DNA of 64,000 nucleotides from an uncultured Nitrospirales bacterium (GTDB lineage Bacteria; Hydrogenedentota; Hydrogenedentia; Hydrogenedentales; CAILVY01): NCBI GenBank assembly GCA_964474205.1, contig CAYYRW010000004.1, positions 67,050 to 131,049 of the forward strand, read 5' to 3'. Shown piece by piece: positions 42,470 to 51,316 of this stretch (position 1 is its first letter; each line of letters starts with the position of its first letter). The notes under the pieces were generated by a model. It saw only the letters and a program-made list of their open reading frames with translations, ran no database searches and was not told where the DNA came from. The position numbers and the translations under genes were made by a program.

Positions 42470-42496
42470 GGCGGCTGTCAGCGGTCAGCTATCAGC
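42469..42496. repeat. Perfect 14-bp tandem duplication (cagcggtcagctat x2) in the intergenic region upstream of the SSF transporter
   Basis: Directly visible. Sits 1 nt after the nuclease gene stop. Confidence 0.9.
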
Positions 42497-42691
42497 GGTC
42501 AGCTATTTGTGTCTTGTCCGGGCACGGAAGGGTGCGGGGAGATGGGGTAGAACCGATAAGGCAAAGAGGCGGCGGGTTTTTAAGCGGGGAATGGGAAAGC
42601 AGAGTGGGAATACCGGCAAAAGGATGCTTGGTGCGCGCATGGCTGGTATTATACGCGCCCGGAAACGAATCCAGGACGGTTGGAGTAGAAC

Positions 42692-44296
42692 ATGAACGCT
42701 TCGGTGAATCTTGGGCTGCTGGACGGTTTGGTGTTTTCCGTGTATCTGGCGGGCATTGCGGTGTTGGGCCTTTGGGCGTCGCGGAGGGCGGGGAGCAGCA
42801 AGCGGGATTATTTCCTGGCGGGGGACCGCTTGCCGTGGTGGATGGTGGGGGGGAGCATTGTGGCGGCGAACATCAGCAGCCATCATTTCATCGGGGTCAT
42901 TGGCACGGCGTACGCACGGGGGTTTGCCGCGATGACCATCGAGTGGGCCACGATATTGATTGGATTCAATGCATTATTGTGGATTTTCCTGCCGTTCTAT
43001 CTGCGGAACGGTTTTTATACGATGCCGGAGTTTCTGGAACAGCGTTTTGGCCGGGCCGCGCGGACGGTGTTCGCCGCATTGATTTTGATCGTGTACATCT
43101 TCGTGGAAATCAGCGCGGTGTTGTATTTGGGCGCCATCGCCCTGAAAACGTTGTTCGGGCTGCCGTTGTTCGTCAGCATTGTGGGGTTGGCGCTGTTCAC
43201 GGGGATGTATACGATTGCCGGGGGATTGCGCGCGGTGGTGTGGACGGAGATGTTCCAACTGGTGGTATTGTTGACCGGGGGGCTGATTCTTTCCGCCGCC
43301 ACCATTCATGCGGTGGGGGGCTGGGATGGCGTTATGGCCACCTCGGGAAAATGGGAGTTGCTGCTCCCCGCCACGGACCCCGATTTCCCATGGACCTCGT
43401 TTCTCGGCGGCCTCTTGTGCATCAGCGTGTTTTATTGCGCGGCCAATCAGTTCATTGTACAGCGCACGCTGGCCGCCAAGGACGAATGGCACGCACGGAT
43501 GGGGGTGGTATTCGCCGACTATCTGAAATTTTTCCTGCCATTGATTATTGTTGTCCCCGGAATGCTGGCGCCGATGCTGTATCCCAACCTGGAAAAGCCG
43601 GACATGGCGTTTCCGACGCTCGTCGAGCGTCTGTTGCCGCAGGGGTTGGTGGGGCTGGTGATGGCGGGGCTCATCGCGGCGATCATGTCGCATATCTCGG
43701 GGGCGGTAAACTCATGCACGACGATCCTGACGGTGGATTTCTATTTGCCGTTCATCAACAAACAGGCCGAGGATCATCATGCGGTACGGTTCGGGCGCAT
43801 CATGGGCGGGGTAATTGTGGCGCTGGGCATACTTTGGGCCACCGTGCTCCTCTCGTATTCGGAGCGTCCCATTTTCATTTACCTGCTCAATGCCTATGGA
43901 TATGTCACCCCGGGGATCGCCACGATGTTCCTGCTGGGGGTCCTCTGGAAGCGCACCACGCACGCGGGCGCGCTGACCGCGGGCTTGCTCACCATTCCCC
44001 TGACGGTGGCCCTGGAACTGCTTACGCCCCGGCTGCCGGAAGCCCTGGGGCGGTATCTGCATCCCTTCCTGAACCGCACCGGGATTGTGTTTTGGGCGTG
44101 CATGGCCGCGGGCATCGCGGTGAGCCTGATTACAGTCCCCAAACCCGAAGCGTCCATCCGGCACCTGATCTGGAGCCGGGAGAGCCTGCGGATGCCGCCG
44201 GAAATGCGCGCGCGCATGCGGGGCCTGAAAAACCCGGCGTGGTGGTGGGCGCTGGTAACGGGGGTGGTGGTGTATATGTACATTCGCTACCGTTGA
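42692..44296 (+). CDS. Sodium:solute symporter family (SSF) transporter
   Basis: 13-14 TM helices. N-terminal GLLDGLVFSVYLAGIAVLGLWASRR...YFLAGDRLPWW and the GG..AANISSH..IG motif typical of SSF. Confidence 0.9.
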   Translation: MNASVNLGLLDGLVFSVYLAGIAVLGLWASRRAGSSKRDYFLAGDRLPWWMVGGSIVAANISSHHFIGVIGTAYARGFAAMTIEWATILIGFNALLWIFLPFYLRNGFYTMPEFLEQRFGRAARTVFAALILIVYIFVEISAVLYLGAIALKTLFGLPLFVSIVGLALFTGMYTIAGGLRAVVWTEMFQLVVLLTGGLILSAATIHAVGGWDGVMATSGKWELLLPATDPDFPWTSFLGGLLCISVFYCAANQFIVQRTLAAKDEWHARMGVVFADYLKFFLPLIIVVPGMLAPMLYPNLEKPDMAFPTLVERLLPQGLVGLVMAGLIAAIMSHISGAVNSCTTILTVDFYLPFINKQAEDHHAVRFGRIMGGVIVALGILWATVLLSYSERPIFIYLLNAYGYVTPGIATMFLLGVLWKRTTHAGALTAGLLTIPLTVALELLTPRLPEALGRYLHPFLNRTGIVFWACMAAGIAVSLITVPKPEASIRHLIWSRESLRMPPEMRARMRGLKNPAWWWALVTGVVVYMYIRYR

Positions 44297-44430
44297 GCGA
44301 TACGTGAGAGTTCCGTGTTCCGGGACTGGCCGCGGACGGCCGGGCCAAGCGCCCGGAATGCAGAAATTGATCCTCCGCCTGGGAAAAATGAACAGGCCCG
44401 GGAATTTCCGGAGGGGCGGCGTAACGCGGG

Positions 44431-47304
44431 TTATCCGATTTCCAGCCAGACGTTTTCAAGCAGTCCGGAGGGGTCGTCCTTGTCCGGGCCTTCGAAGAAA
44501 TTACGGGCGGAATTGGTGATTTTGAGCACAATGAGATTCGACAGGCCGGGCCATACGAAGTGGGTGATCTCGGCGCGATAGGGCGGCCACGCGCGGACCG
44601 CGGCGGTTTTACCGTTGATTTCGACTTCCAGCAGATGGCCCACATGCCCGGCATTGATGAACACGCGCTTGCCCACCAGATCATTTGGCAGGGTGACATC
44701 GGCGGCGTAGGCGGCGGTGCCGGAAAAAAACGGAAAGCCCTGCTTTTCCCACGCGCCCAGCCGTACGCCGCGGCACGGGCTTAACCGGGGAGCGGTTCCA
44801 TCCAGTTCGAGCATGAAATCGCCCGCCAGCCACGCATATTCCTCCAACCCGGGTTGCGGAAACCAGCCCTGGTTACGGATGATGATTTCCAGGCGGTGCA
44901 GGCCGGGTTCCACGCGGTCTCCCAAGCCCAGCACGCGGAAGTGGGGATCAATCTCCCACGGCAACTCCACAGACATCGCTTCGCCGTCCAGCAGCACTTC
45001 GCTATAAACTTCCGGCGCCACCAGGGGCCGTGCGGCCTCCGGCACGCCATAGGGATGTTCCGGCACGCCATCCAGGATCAGCCGAAGGTTGGCGATGCGT
45101 TCGCCGAGAATAAATTCGGTGGTATAGTGAAGCTCGGTGACTTTGTGGCGCATTTCCAGATTCATCCGCCAGTTCTTCAATGCCAGGAAATTCCCATTGA
45201 ACGGTGTGAAGTGCCAAAGGTCTTTGCACACTTCGATGCGCTGTTCGGGATGAAACGGCACCACGTGAAAATCTATTGGAGGCCGCGACGGGTCTATCGA
45301 GAGAAGCATCGATCCCATCGGGGCAAGCCGCAGCGGCATCACCAGGCGTCCTTCTTCCGCCCTGTTATCCGGCGCGGGGCCGCTGATGCCGGTTTCGGGA
45401 TCCCATACGGTCGCCGCGCCCACGCACTCGAAGGAAACTTCCGTGTCCACCGCCTCCATGCCCGTATTGGCGAAGAAGAAGAACTCCTGGCCGTGATGGC
45501 GGCGGTGCAGGTAATACACCTCGGGCGCACGGGCCATTGTGACATCGGGGGTCACACATGACAAGCTGTCCGCCAATGTGTCCGGCTCCAGTGTTTCCAG
45601 CACCGTCACCCCGTGCACGTCCCGCAAATCCACGGTGGCGGACACCGTGCTGGTGAGCAGGCGCAGCCGGTCCGTGCCCACGGAAACCACGGTGGCATGT
45701 TCCGCGATGCGTTTCATCACCCCGAACACGTCATAGCGAATCGAAGTCATCACGGGAAGCACGAGCGCCTCAAAGCGGAGTCCTTTGACCGTGAAAAATC
45801 CATCGCCCATCTCCGCGTGCGCCAGCGAGTCTTCATCCACAATCACGAAATCGCGGTGCAGGGAAAGCAACGCTTCGCCCAAGGGCGCGAACGCCGCCTC
45901 CATGTGCAGCACCGAATCCGGGACCGTATCGCCCGGCACGAAATCCGCCCAGACCGAACTCATCGGATACAGCACCGCCACCTTCGCCACATGTTCACCG
46001 CCCGTCATCATCGCGGTGATCCGCGCGGTATACTCCGCCAGGAGCCGGTAATGCTCCCAATGCGGCGTCTGGTAAAACTCCGAGGGCGGCGAATCCTTCT
46101 TCCGGCGGCCCGCCACGGAATAATAAAAGGCGTGCGGAATGAAATAATTGATGCCGTTCACCATCTGCCAGTCACACATCCATTTCATCTCGCGCAGCGT
46201 GAGCCCCCAGCCGCTCTCGCCAAAGGTCTCCGTCATGGTCCGCTCGCGGCCCGCCAGCAGCGCCGCCGACGCCACCAGTTTCGGCGTCATGCTCATCGGA
46301 TGGTGTTTGCCAATCGTGATGGTGAGGTGGTCCATCCCCGGCATGTGCAGGTGCTTCAGATATTTGAAAATCGTGCCCAGGCAACGAAACTGGTAAAACA
46401 ACGGCTCCTCGCCCAAGGGATGACCGATGAGTTTCAAACCGCGTTTCCCGCACCAGTCCGAGAGCGGCACAAAGAACGCCCGTTCGAATAAATCCGTGAC
46501 CACGTCCCAGTAATCATAACGCACCTGCGCGCCCGCTTCCCCCGGCGAAAAGAGGTCCGGTAAATGATCCAGCAGATCATACCCCTTGGTTTTTTTGAAG
46601 GCCTCGGGCACCGCCGGAGTCCAGGGGATGCGCCGCAAATCATCCGGATAGGTGCCGAGGGCGGGTTCATCCGTGAAAAACCCGGCGAGGCCCAGCGTGC
46701 GCAAATCGCCCAGCTTTTCTTCATGGAAATCATACGTGGAGCGGATGAAGGCACGGCAAGCCTCCGGATTTAGCGTATCCAGGTACGACTCAAACCAAAG
46801 AATGGCCGGGCATTCAAACCGCACCGCCTTCAACAAACGGTGCCGTCCCTTTCCGCACCGCAACTGATTTTGCCGCACCCGTTCCATCTTGCCTGAACCA
46901 TGCGCCCGATAGACGGCGGCAACCTCGGCCCCAAATTCCAAGTCCTCCGGTCCTTCCACCAATTCTTCTTCCAGCCGCAGGTAACTCATCCGGTTCGCCG
47001 GGTCCTGTATCACCGTTCCGCCCGCCGGGCCGCTGGGCCAGTCGCGCTCATCATAGGCCCATGCGATCATGCCGTGTTGTTTCGCTACCGCGCAGCCATG
47101 CCGGATGCAGTCCATCCATTCATCGGACAGGTAGGGGGTGATCAGGCCGTGCCGCGCATGCATCACAAAGCCCCCCAGCCCTTTTTCATGCATCTGCTGG
47201 ATTTGCCAGGACAGCAGCGCCTTGTCCAGACGATGATTCCAGAACCAAAACGGCGCTTGCCGAAACTCCGGCGGCGGATTCTCAAACAGGTCCTGCAAAC
47301 TCAT
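44431..47304 (-). CDS. Large putative glycoside hydrolase (957 aa; family not assignable from memory)
   Basis: N-terminal ...RQAPFWFWNHRLDKALLSWQIQQMHEKGLGGFVMHARHGL...AWAYDERDWPSG resembles (beta/alpha)8 GH catalytic domains. C-terminal beta-sandwich. No signal peptide obvious. Confidence 0.5.
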   Translation of the reverse strand: MSLQDLFENPPPEFRQAPFWFWNHRLDKALLSWQIQQMHEKGLGGFVMHARHGLITPYLSDEWMDCIRHGCAVAKQHGMIAWAYDERDWPSGPAGGTVIQDPANRMSYLRLEEELVEGPEDLEFGAEVAAVYRAHGSGKMERVRQNQLRCGKGRHRLLKAVRFECPAILWFESYLDTLNPEACRAFIRSTYDFHEEKLGDLRTLGLAGFFTDEPALGTYPDDLRRIPWTPAVPEAFKKTKGYDLLDHLPDLFSPGEAGAQVRYDYWDVVTDLFERAFFVPLSDWCGKRGLKLIGHPLGEEPLFYQFRCLGTIFKYLKHLHMPGMDHLTITIGKHHPMSMTPKLVASAALLAGRERTMTETFGESGWGLTLREMKWMCDWQMVNGINYFIPHAFYYSVAGRRKKDSPPSEFYQTPHWEHYRLLAEYTARITAMMTGGEHVAKVAVLYPMSSVWADFVPGDTVPDSVLHMEAAFAPLGEALLSLHRDFVIVDEDSLAHAEMGDGFFTVKGLRFEALVLPVMTSIRYDVFGVMKRIAEHATVVSVGTDRLRLLTSTVSATVDLRDVHGVTVLETLEPDTLADSLSCVTPDVTMARAPEVYYLHRRHHGQEFFFFANTGMEAVDTEVSFECVGAATVWDPETGISGPAPDNRAEEGRLVMPLRLAPMGSMLLSIDPSRPPIDFHVVPFHPEQRIEVCKDLWHFTPFNGNFLALKNWRMNLEMRHKVTELHYTTEFILGERIANLRLILDGVPEHPYGVPEAARPLVAPEVYSEVLLDGEAMSVELPWEIDPHFRVLGLGDRVEPGLHRLEIIIRNQGWFPQPGLEEYAWLAGDFMLELDGTAPRLSPCRGVRLGAWEKQGFPFFSGTAAYAADVTLPNDLVGKRVFINAGHVGHLLEVEINGKTAAVRAWPPYRAEITHFVWPGLSNLIVLKITNSARNFFEGPDKDDPSGLLENVWLEIG

Positions 47305-47588
47305 ACGCGTTCCCTCTTCCTGTGGTAACTGGACCGCACGCCCTCATCATACCATCCCGCGCCCGGCATCTCCATAAGGTGAACAGGCCATTACGAAATC
47401 ACCCGTTTTCGTGGGAAAACACTGCTTACAGCGCCCAATGCCGGAGTTGTATTGACAAACCGGTGCGGCGAAGGGCGATTTCGCAAATGCCTCGCACATG
47501 CATCATTCGTTCCCTAGACTCTCCGGAAGGCCTTTGTTATAATGCCTTTTTTCCCAGAATACTGGCTTGCACGGAAAGGAGTTTTCCC

Positions 47589-47909
47589 ATGGCGTCCGCC
47601 CAATTCCATCATTTCGGTGTTCCCACCAATGAAAAAAAAGAAAATGCCGCCTATATCGAAGGGGCCAAGGTGTTTGTCACCGACCCGGAGCAGCATCCCT
47701 TCCGGGTGGAGTTTTTAAATTTTGAACCCGGCAGCCCCTTGCCGGAAGTGGTGCGCACACGCCCCCATGCCGCGTTCCTGGTACCCTCGCTCGACGCCGC
47801 CCTCGAGGGCCAGCAGGTGATCATCCCTCCTTTTGACGCCACCGACACGCTGCGGTGCGCCTTTGTCCAGGATGGCGATGCCATCATCGAGGTGATGGAA
47901 GAGAAATGA
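47589..47909 (+). CDS. Small VOC/glyoxalase-like hypothetical protein (106 aa)
   Basis: AAGGAG RBS 7 nt before ATG 47589. MASAQFHHFGVPT... single beta-alpha-beta-beta-beta module. ORF track shows a longer 47322 start without RBS support. Confidence 0.5.
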   Translation: MASAQFHHFGVPTNEKKENAAYIEGAKVFVTDPEQHPFRVEFLNFEPGSPLPEVVRTRPHAAFLVPSLDAALEGQQVIIPPFDATDTLRCAFVQDGDAIIEVMEEK

Positions 47910-47953
47910 AGATTGCCGGCGGAAACATGCCGGTCCAAGGAGAGATACACGCA

Positions 47954-48955
47954 ATGGCCATGAAAAAACTGATTAATGATCCCACTACCCTGGTGGCGGA
48001 ACTGATCGAGGGTTTTACCCTTGCCAACCCGCACAAGGTCGCACTGGAAGGAAGCAATCTTGTTGTCCGGGCGAATTCAAAGCCGAAAGACAAGGTGGCT
48101 TTGGTTACCTTGGGCGGGAGCGGCCACGAGCCCGCGCTCAGCGGATTTGTGGGCGAAGGCATGCTGGATGTCAGCGTGCCGGGAGAGATATTCGCCGCCC
48201 CCGGACCGCCGCGCGTGATCGAAGCCCTGCGGAAAGCCAACCGGGACGCTGGCGTGTTGTTGGTGGTGTTGAATCACGCGGGGGACGTGATGTCGGCCAA
48301 GATCGCCATGGATATGGCGAAGAAGGAGGGCCTGAACGTCAAGCAGATTCTCACGCATGAAGACGTCTCCGGCGGTTCGCGGGAAAATCCCGATGACCGG
48401 CGCGGCCTGGTGGGTTGCCTGCCGGTGATCAAAGTGGCCGGCGCCGCCGCGGAACAGGGACGCTCTTTGGAGGAATGCCTGGCCATCGCCGAACGCATGG
48501 AGAAGAACATGGCGACCTTGGCGGTGGCGGTGAGCGGCGCCACGCATCCCAGCACCGGCGATGTAATCGCGGAAATTCCAGAGGGTATGATGGTGGTGGG
48601 CATGGGCCAGCACGGCGAAGCGGGCGGCGGCACCCAGCCCTTGAAAACCGCCGACGCGACCGCGGACATCATGTTATCCGTGTTGTTGAGCGATCTCGAT
48701 GTCCAGAAGGGCGAAGAGGTGCTCGTGTTGCTCAATGGGGTGGGATCGACCACCCTGATGGAGTTGTACCTCGTATTGCGCCGCATCAAGCAAATCCTGG
48801 ATGAAAAAGGAATTACGCTGGCCCGGAGCCTGGTGGGCGAATTTCTCACCGTCCAGGAAATGGGTGGCTTTCAGATGTGCGTGGCACGGCTGGATGATGA
48901 GTTGAAAGCGCTGTGGGACGCCCCGTGCAACGCCCCGGCGTTAACCGTGCAATAA
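47954..48955 (+). CDS. dhaK: Dihydroxyacetone kinase, DhaK (substrate-binding) subunit
   Basis: MKKLINDPTTLVAELIEGF...LVTLGGSGHEPALSGFVGEGMLD...GDVMS, the canonical DhaK. AAGGAGAG RBS before ATG 47954. Confidence 0.9.
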   Translation: MAMKKLINDPTTLVAELIEGFTLANPHKVALEGSNLVVRANSKPKDKVALVTLGGSGHEPALSGFVGEGMLDVSVPGEIFAAPGPPRVIEALRKANRDAGVLLVVLNHAGDVMSAKIAMDMAKKEGLNVKQILTHEDVSGGSRENPDDRRGLVGCLPVIKVAGAAAEQGRSLEECLAIAERMEKNMATLAVAVSGATHPSTGDVIAEIPEGMMVVGMGQHGEAGGGTQPLKTADATADIMLSVLLSDLDVQKGEEVLVLLNGVGSTTLMELYLVLRRIKQILDEKGITLARSLVGEFLTVQEMGGFQMCVARLDDELKALWDAPCNAPALTVQ

Positions 48956-48976
48956 CGAATTCGGGATGTAGCGGAT

Positions 48977-49621
48977 ATGGTGGAAACAATCGGTTGGGAG
49001 GAAATGGTTCAGATGTTCCGGGGCGCGGTCTCGGAGATTCGGGACAACCATGAACTGTTGTCGCGGCTGGATTCCGCGGGCGGCGACGGGGACCATGGCA
49101 CCACCATGCTGCGTGCCATGGCCAACCTTGAAAAGGCCGTCGAGGCGTCAACCACGCATGACCTGAAAACCCTCCTTTACGACACAGGCTGGGCCATTAT
49201 GGGTGTGGACGGCGGGGCCACCGGCCCGTTGCTCGGCACCTTTTTCATGGCCATGTCCGAAGCCGCCGAGGGAAAAGACGCGCTGAACCCGGCGGAATTG
49301 GCGGCCGCTTTCGATGCGGCGCTGGCGGGCGTGCGCGCCCAGACCAAGGCCCAAGTGGGCGACAAGACCATGATGGACGCCTTGGTCCCTGCCGTGGCGG
49401 CCTTGCGCGCGGCCGTGGACGGTGGCGCGGACATTGCAGGAGCGCTTCAGCGTGCCGCCGAAGCGGCGGAACAGGGTGCACGCTCCACCAAGGAATTTCA
49501 GGCGCGGTTTGGCCGCGCGAAGAACATTAAAGAAAAAAGTATTGGAACCCAGGACCCGGGCGCCACCTCGATGGCGTTCATTTTCAAAGGATTTTGGAAA
49601 GGAATCGAAACGCATGCCTGA
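48977..49621 (+). CDS. dhaL: Dihydroxyacetone kinase, DhaL (ADP-binding) subunit
   Basis: SAGGDGDHGTTMLRAM and DGGATGPLLGTFF motifs of DhaL. Confidence 0.9.
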   Translation: MVETIGWEEMVQMFRGAVSEIRDNHELLSRLDSAGGDGDHGTTMLRAMANLEKAVEASTTHDLKTLLYDTGWAIMGVDGGATGPLLGTFFMAMSEAAEGKDALNPAELAAAFDAALAGVRAQTKAQVGDKTMMDALVPAVAALRAAVDGGADIAGALQRAAEAAEQGARSTKEFQARFGRAKNIKEKSIGTQDPGATSMAFIFKGFWKGIETHA

Positions 49622-50498
49622 TGCAGACAAATCCACCGGACGTGAAGAGAAGAACTTCGGAATCGGCATTCCCATGGAAACGCCGGGCTTTTTCCTGAAA
49701 GGTTCAGCGCACCTTTCCTGGGGAATGAAGAACCGGCTGGCCCACATATTTAATCCGAAGACGGGCCGCACCGTGATGCTCGCCTTTGACCATGGCTATA
49801 TCATGGGGCCCACCACGGGTCTCGAACGGATGGACCTGGTCGTGCCCCCGCTCATTCCGCACGTGGACTGCCTGATGTGCACGCGCGGCGCGTTGCGCAC
49901 CTGCATTTCGGCGGAGGTGCACAAGCCGGTCGTTATGCGGTGCAGCACCGGGGCCACGGTGTTGAAGGACCTCAGCAACGAGGTGATCGGCGTCTCGATT
50001 GAAGAAGCGCTGGCGTTGAACGCGGCGGCGGTCACGGCCCAGGCCTGCATAGGCGCGGAGTATGAGAAAGAGAGCCTCGCGAACCTGTCGCACCTGCTCA
50101 ACGAAGGCAGCCGGTACGGGTTGCCCACGCTTGGCGTCACGGCGGTCGGCAAGGAAATGGTGCGCGATGCGCGGTATCTAGGATTAGCCTGCCGCGTAAT
50201 CGCGGAATTGGGCGTGCATTTCGTAAAGACCTATTACTGCGAACCGGGCTTTGACGAAGTGGTCGCCGGATGCCCGGTCCCCGTCGTCATTGCCGGAGGC
50301 AAGAAATTGCCCGAATTGGACGCTCTGAAGATGGCTTACAAGGCCGTGGATCAAGGCGCGCTGGGCGTGGACATGGGCCGCAATATATTCGGCGCGGATG
50401 ATCCCGTGGCCATGGCGCAGGCCGTGGGCGCGGTGGTTCACACCCTGGAGAAGCCGGAAAAGGCGTTCCAACTCTATAATGATCTGAAAAACAAATAA
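49614..50498 (+). CDS. Class I aldolase of the DhnA/FbaB/LsrF family
   Basis: MLAFDHGYIMGP and Schiff-base lysine context HFVKTYY. ATG 49614 overlaps the dhaL stop (ATGCCTGA). ORF track start 49422 lies inside dhaL. Confidence 0.8.
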   Translation: MPDADKSTGREEKNFGIGIPMETPGFFLKGSAHLSWGMKNRLAHIFNPKTGRTVMLAFDHGYIMGPTTGLERMDLVVPPLIPHVDCLMCTRGALRTCISAEVHKPVVMRCSTGATVLKDLSNEVIGVSIEEALALNAAAVTAQACIGAEYEKESLANLSHLLNEGSRYGLPTLGVTAVGKEMVRDARYLGLACRVIAELGVHFVKTYYCEPGFDEVVAGCPVPVVIAGGKKLPELDALKMAYKAVDQGALGVDMGRNIFGADDPVAMAQAVGAVVHTLEKPEKAFQLYNDLKNK

Positions 50499-50533
50499 TG
50501 CGTGCCCCGGCACGGAACAAGGAGCAATACGAT

Positions 50534-51202
50534 ATGGACATAAGCAGGCGTACGGTTTTGGGCGGCCTGATGGCAGGCGTGGCGGGTTCCTCGATCTTGG
50601 GTGTGGCCAACGCCGCCGAACAAAAGGCCCCCGCCATTAAAAAATACCGGAATGAAGACTTCTACACGGACGGCAAGTTCAACGCGGACGCGGCGAAGAA
50701 AGCCTACTACGAAATGATGGAAGCGTTTAATTACCCGATTTTTGACCGGCTGCGCGGCGAGGAGTTCTGGGCCATAGACTTCGGCCTGGGCAAGTTCATG
50801 GAAGTCGGGATGGCCGGGATTTTCTGGGTCAATAACAAACAGGACAATTATTTCGGCCACGAAATCTACCTGCTGCCCGGGCAAATGATCCCCGAGCATA
50901 AACATCTCAAAACCGCGGACGCCGGCCCCAAAATGGAAGCCTGGCAACCGCGTCATGGATGGATTTACATTTACGGTGAAGGCACGCCCACTCCCGGCGT
51001 TGAAGCCCGCATTCCGGAATCGCACAAAGAATGCGCCGTTGCCCGCACCGAGAAGAAACTGATGCCGGGCGAAGTCGGCATGCTCGCCGGGGCGGAGCAA
51101 TGGCATTGGATGCGCGCCCCCGAAGGCGCGATTGTCACGGAATATGCGACGTATCATGACGGAAACGGCCTGCGGTTCACGCATCCCGGCGCCAAGTTAT
51201 AA
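50534..51202 (+). CDS. Tat-signal cupin-domain protein (possibly sugar isomerase-like)
   Basis: MDISRRTVLGGLMAGVAGSSILGVANA is a twin-arginine signal. AAGGAGC RBS before ATG 50534. Cupin motifs YLLPGQMIPEHKH...GEV. Confidence 0.6.
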   Translation: MDISRRTVLGGLMAGVAGSSILGVANAAEQKAPAIKKYRNEDFYTDGKFNADAAKKAYYEMMEAFNYPIFDRLRGEEFWAIDFGLGKFMEVGMAGIFWVNNKQDNYFGHEIYLLPGQMIPEHKHLKTADAGPKMEAWQPRHGWIYIYGEGTPTPGVEARIPESHKECAVARTEKKLMPGEVGMLAGAEQWHWMRAPEGAIVTEYATYHDGNGLRFTHPGAKL

Positions 51203-51316
51203 GCAATAGTAGTACCCGCGTGGAAACATTCTCTCACCGCCGGCCCGTTGTGGCTGGCGGCGGGAGATGATGTTCACCGCCTTAGCGATGCTGTTACCGG
51301 TTAATGGAGACATGTC

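Noticed and set aside
42514-44307. 597-aa same-strand ORF overlapping the SSF transporter in another frame
   Set aside because: The translation is Gly/Arg-rich and non-protein-like, whereas the 42692-44296 frame gives a canonical 13-14 TM SSF transporter.
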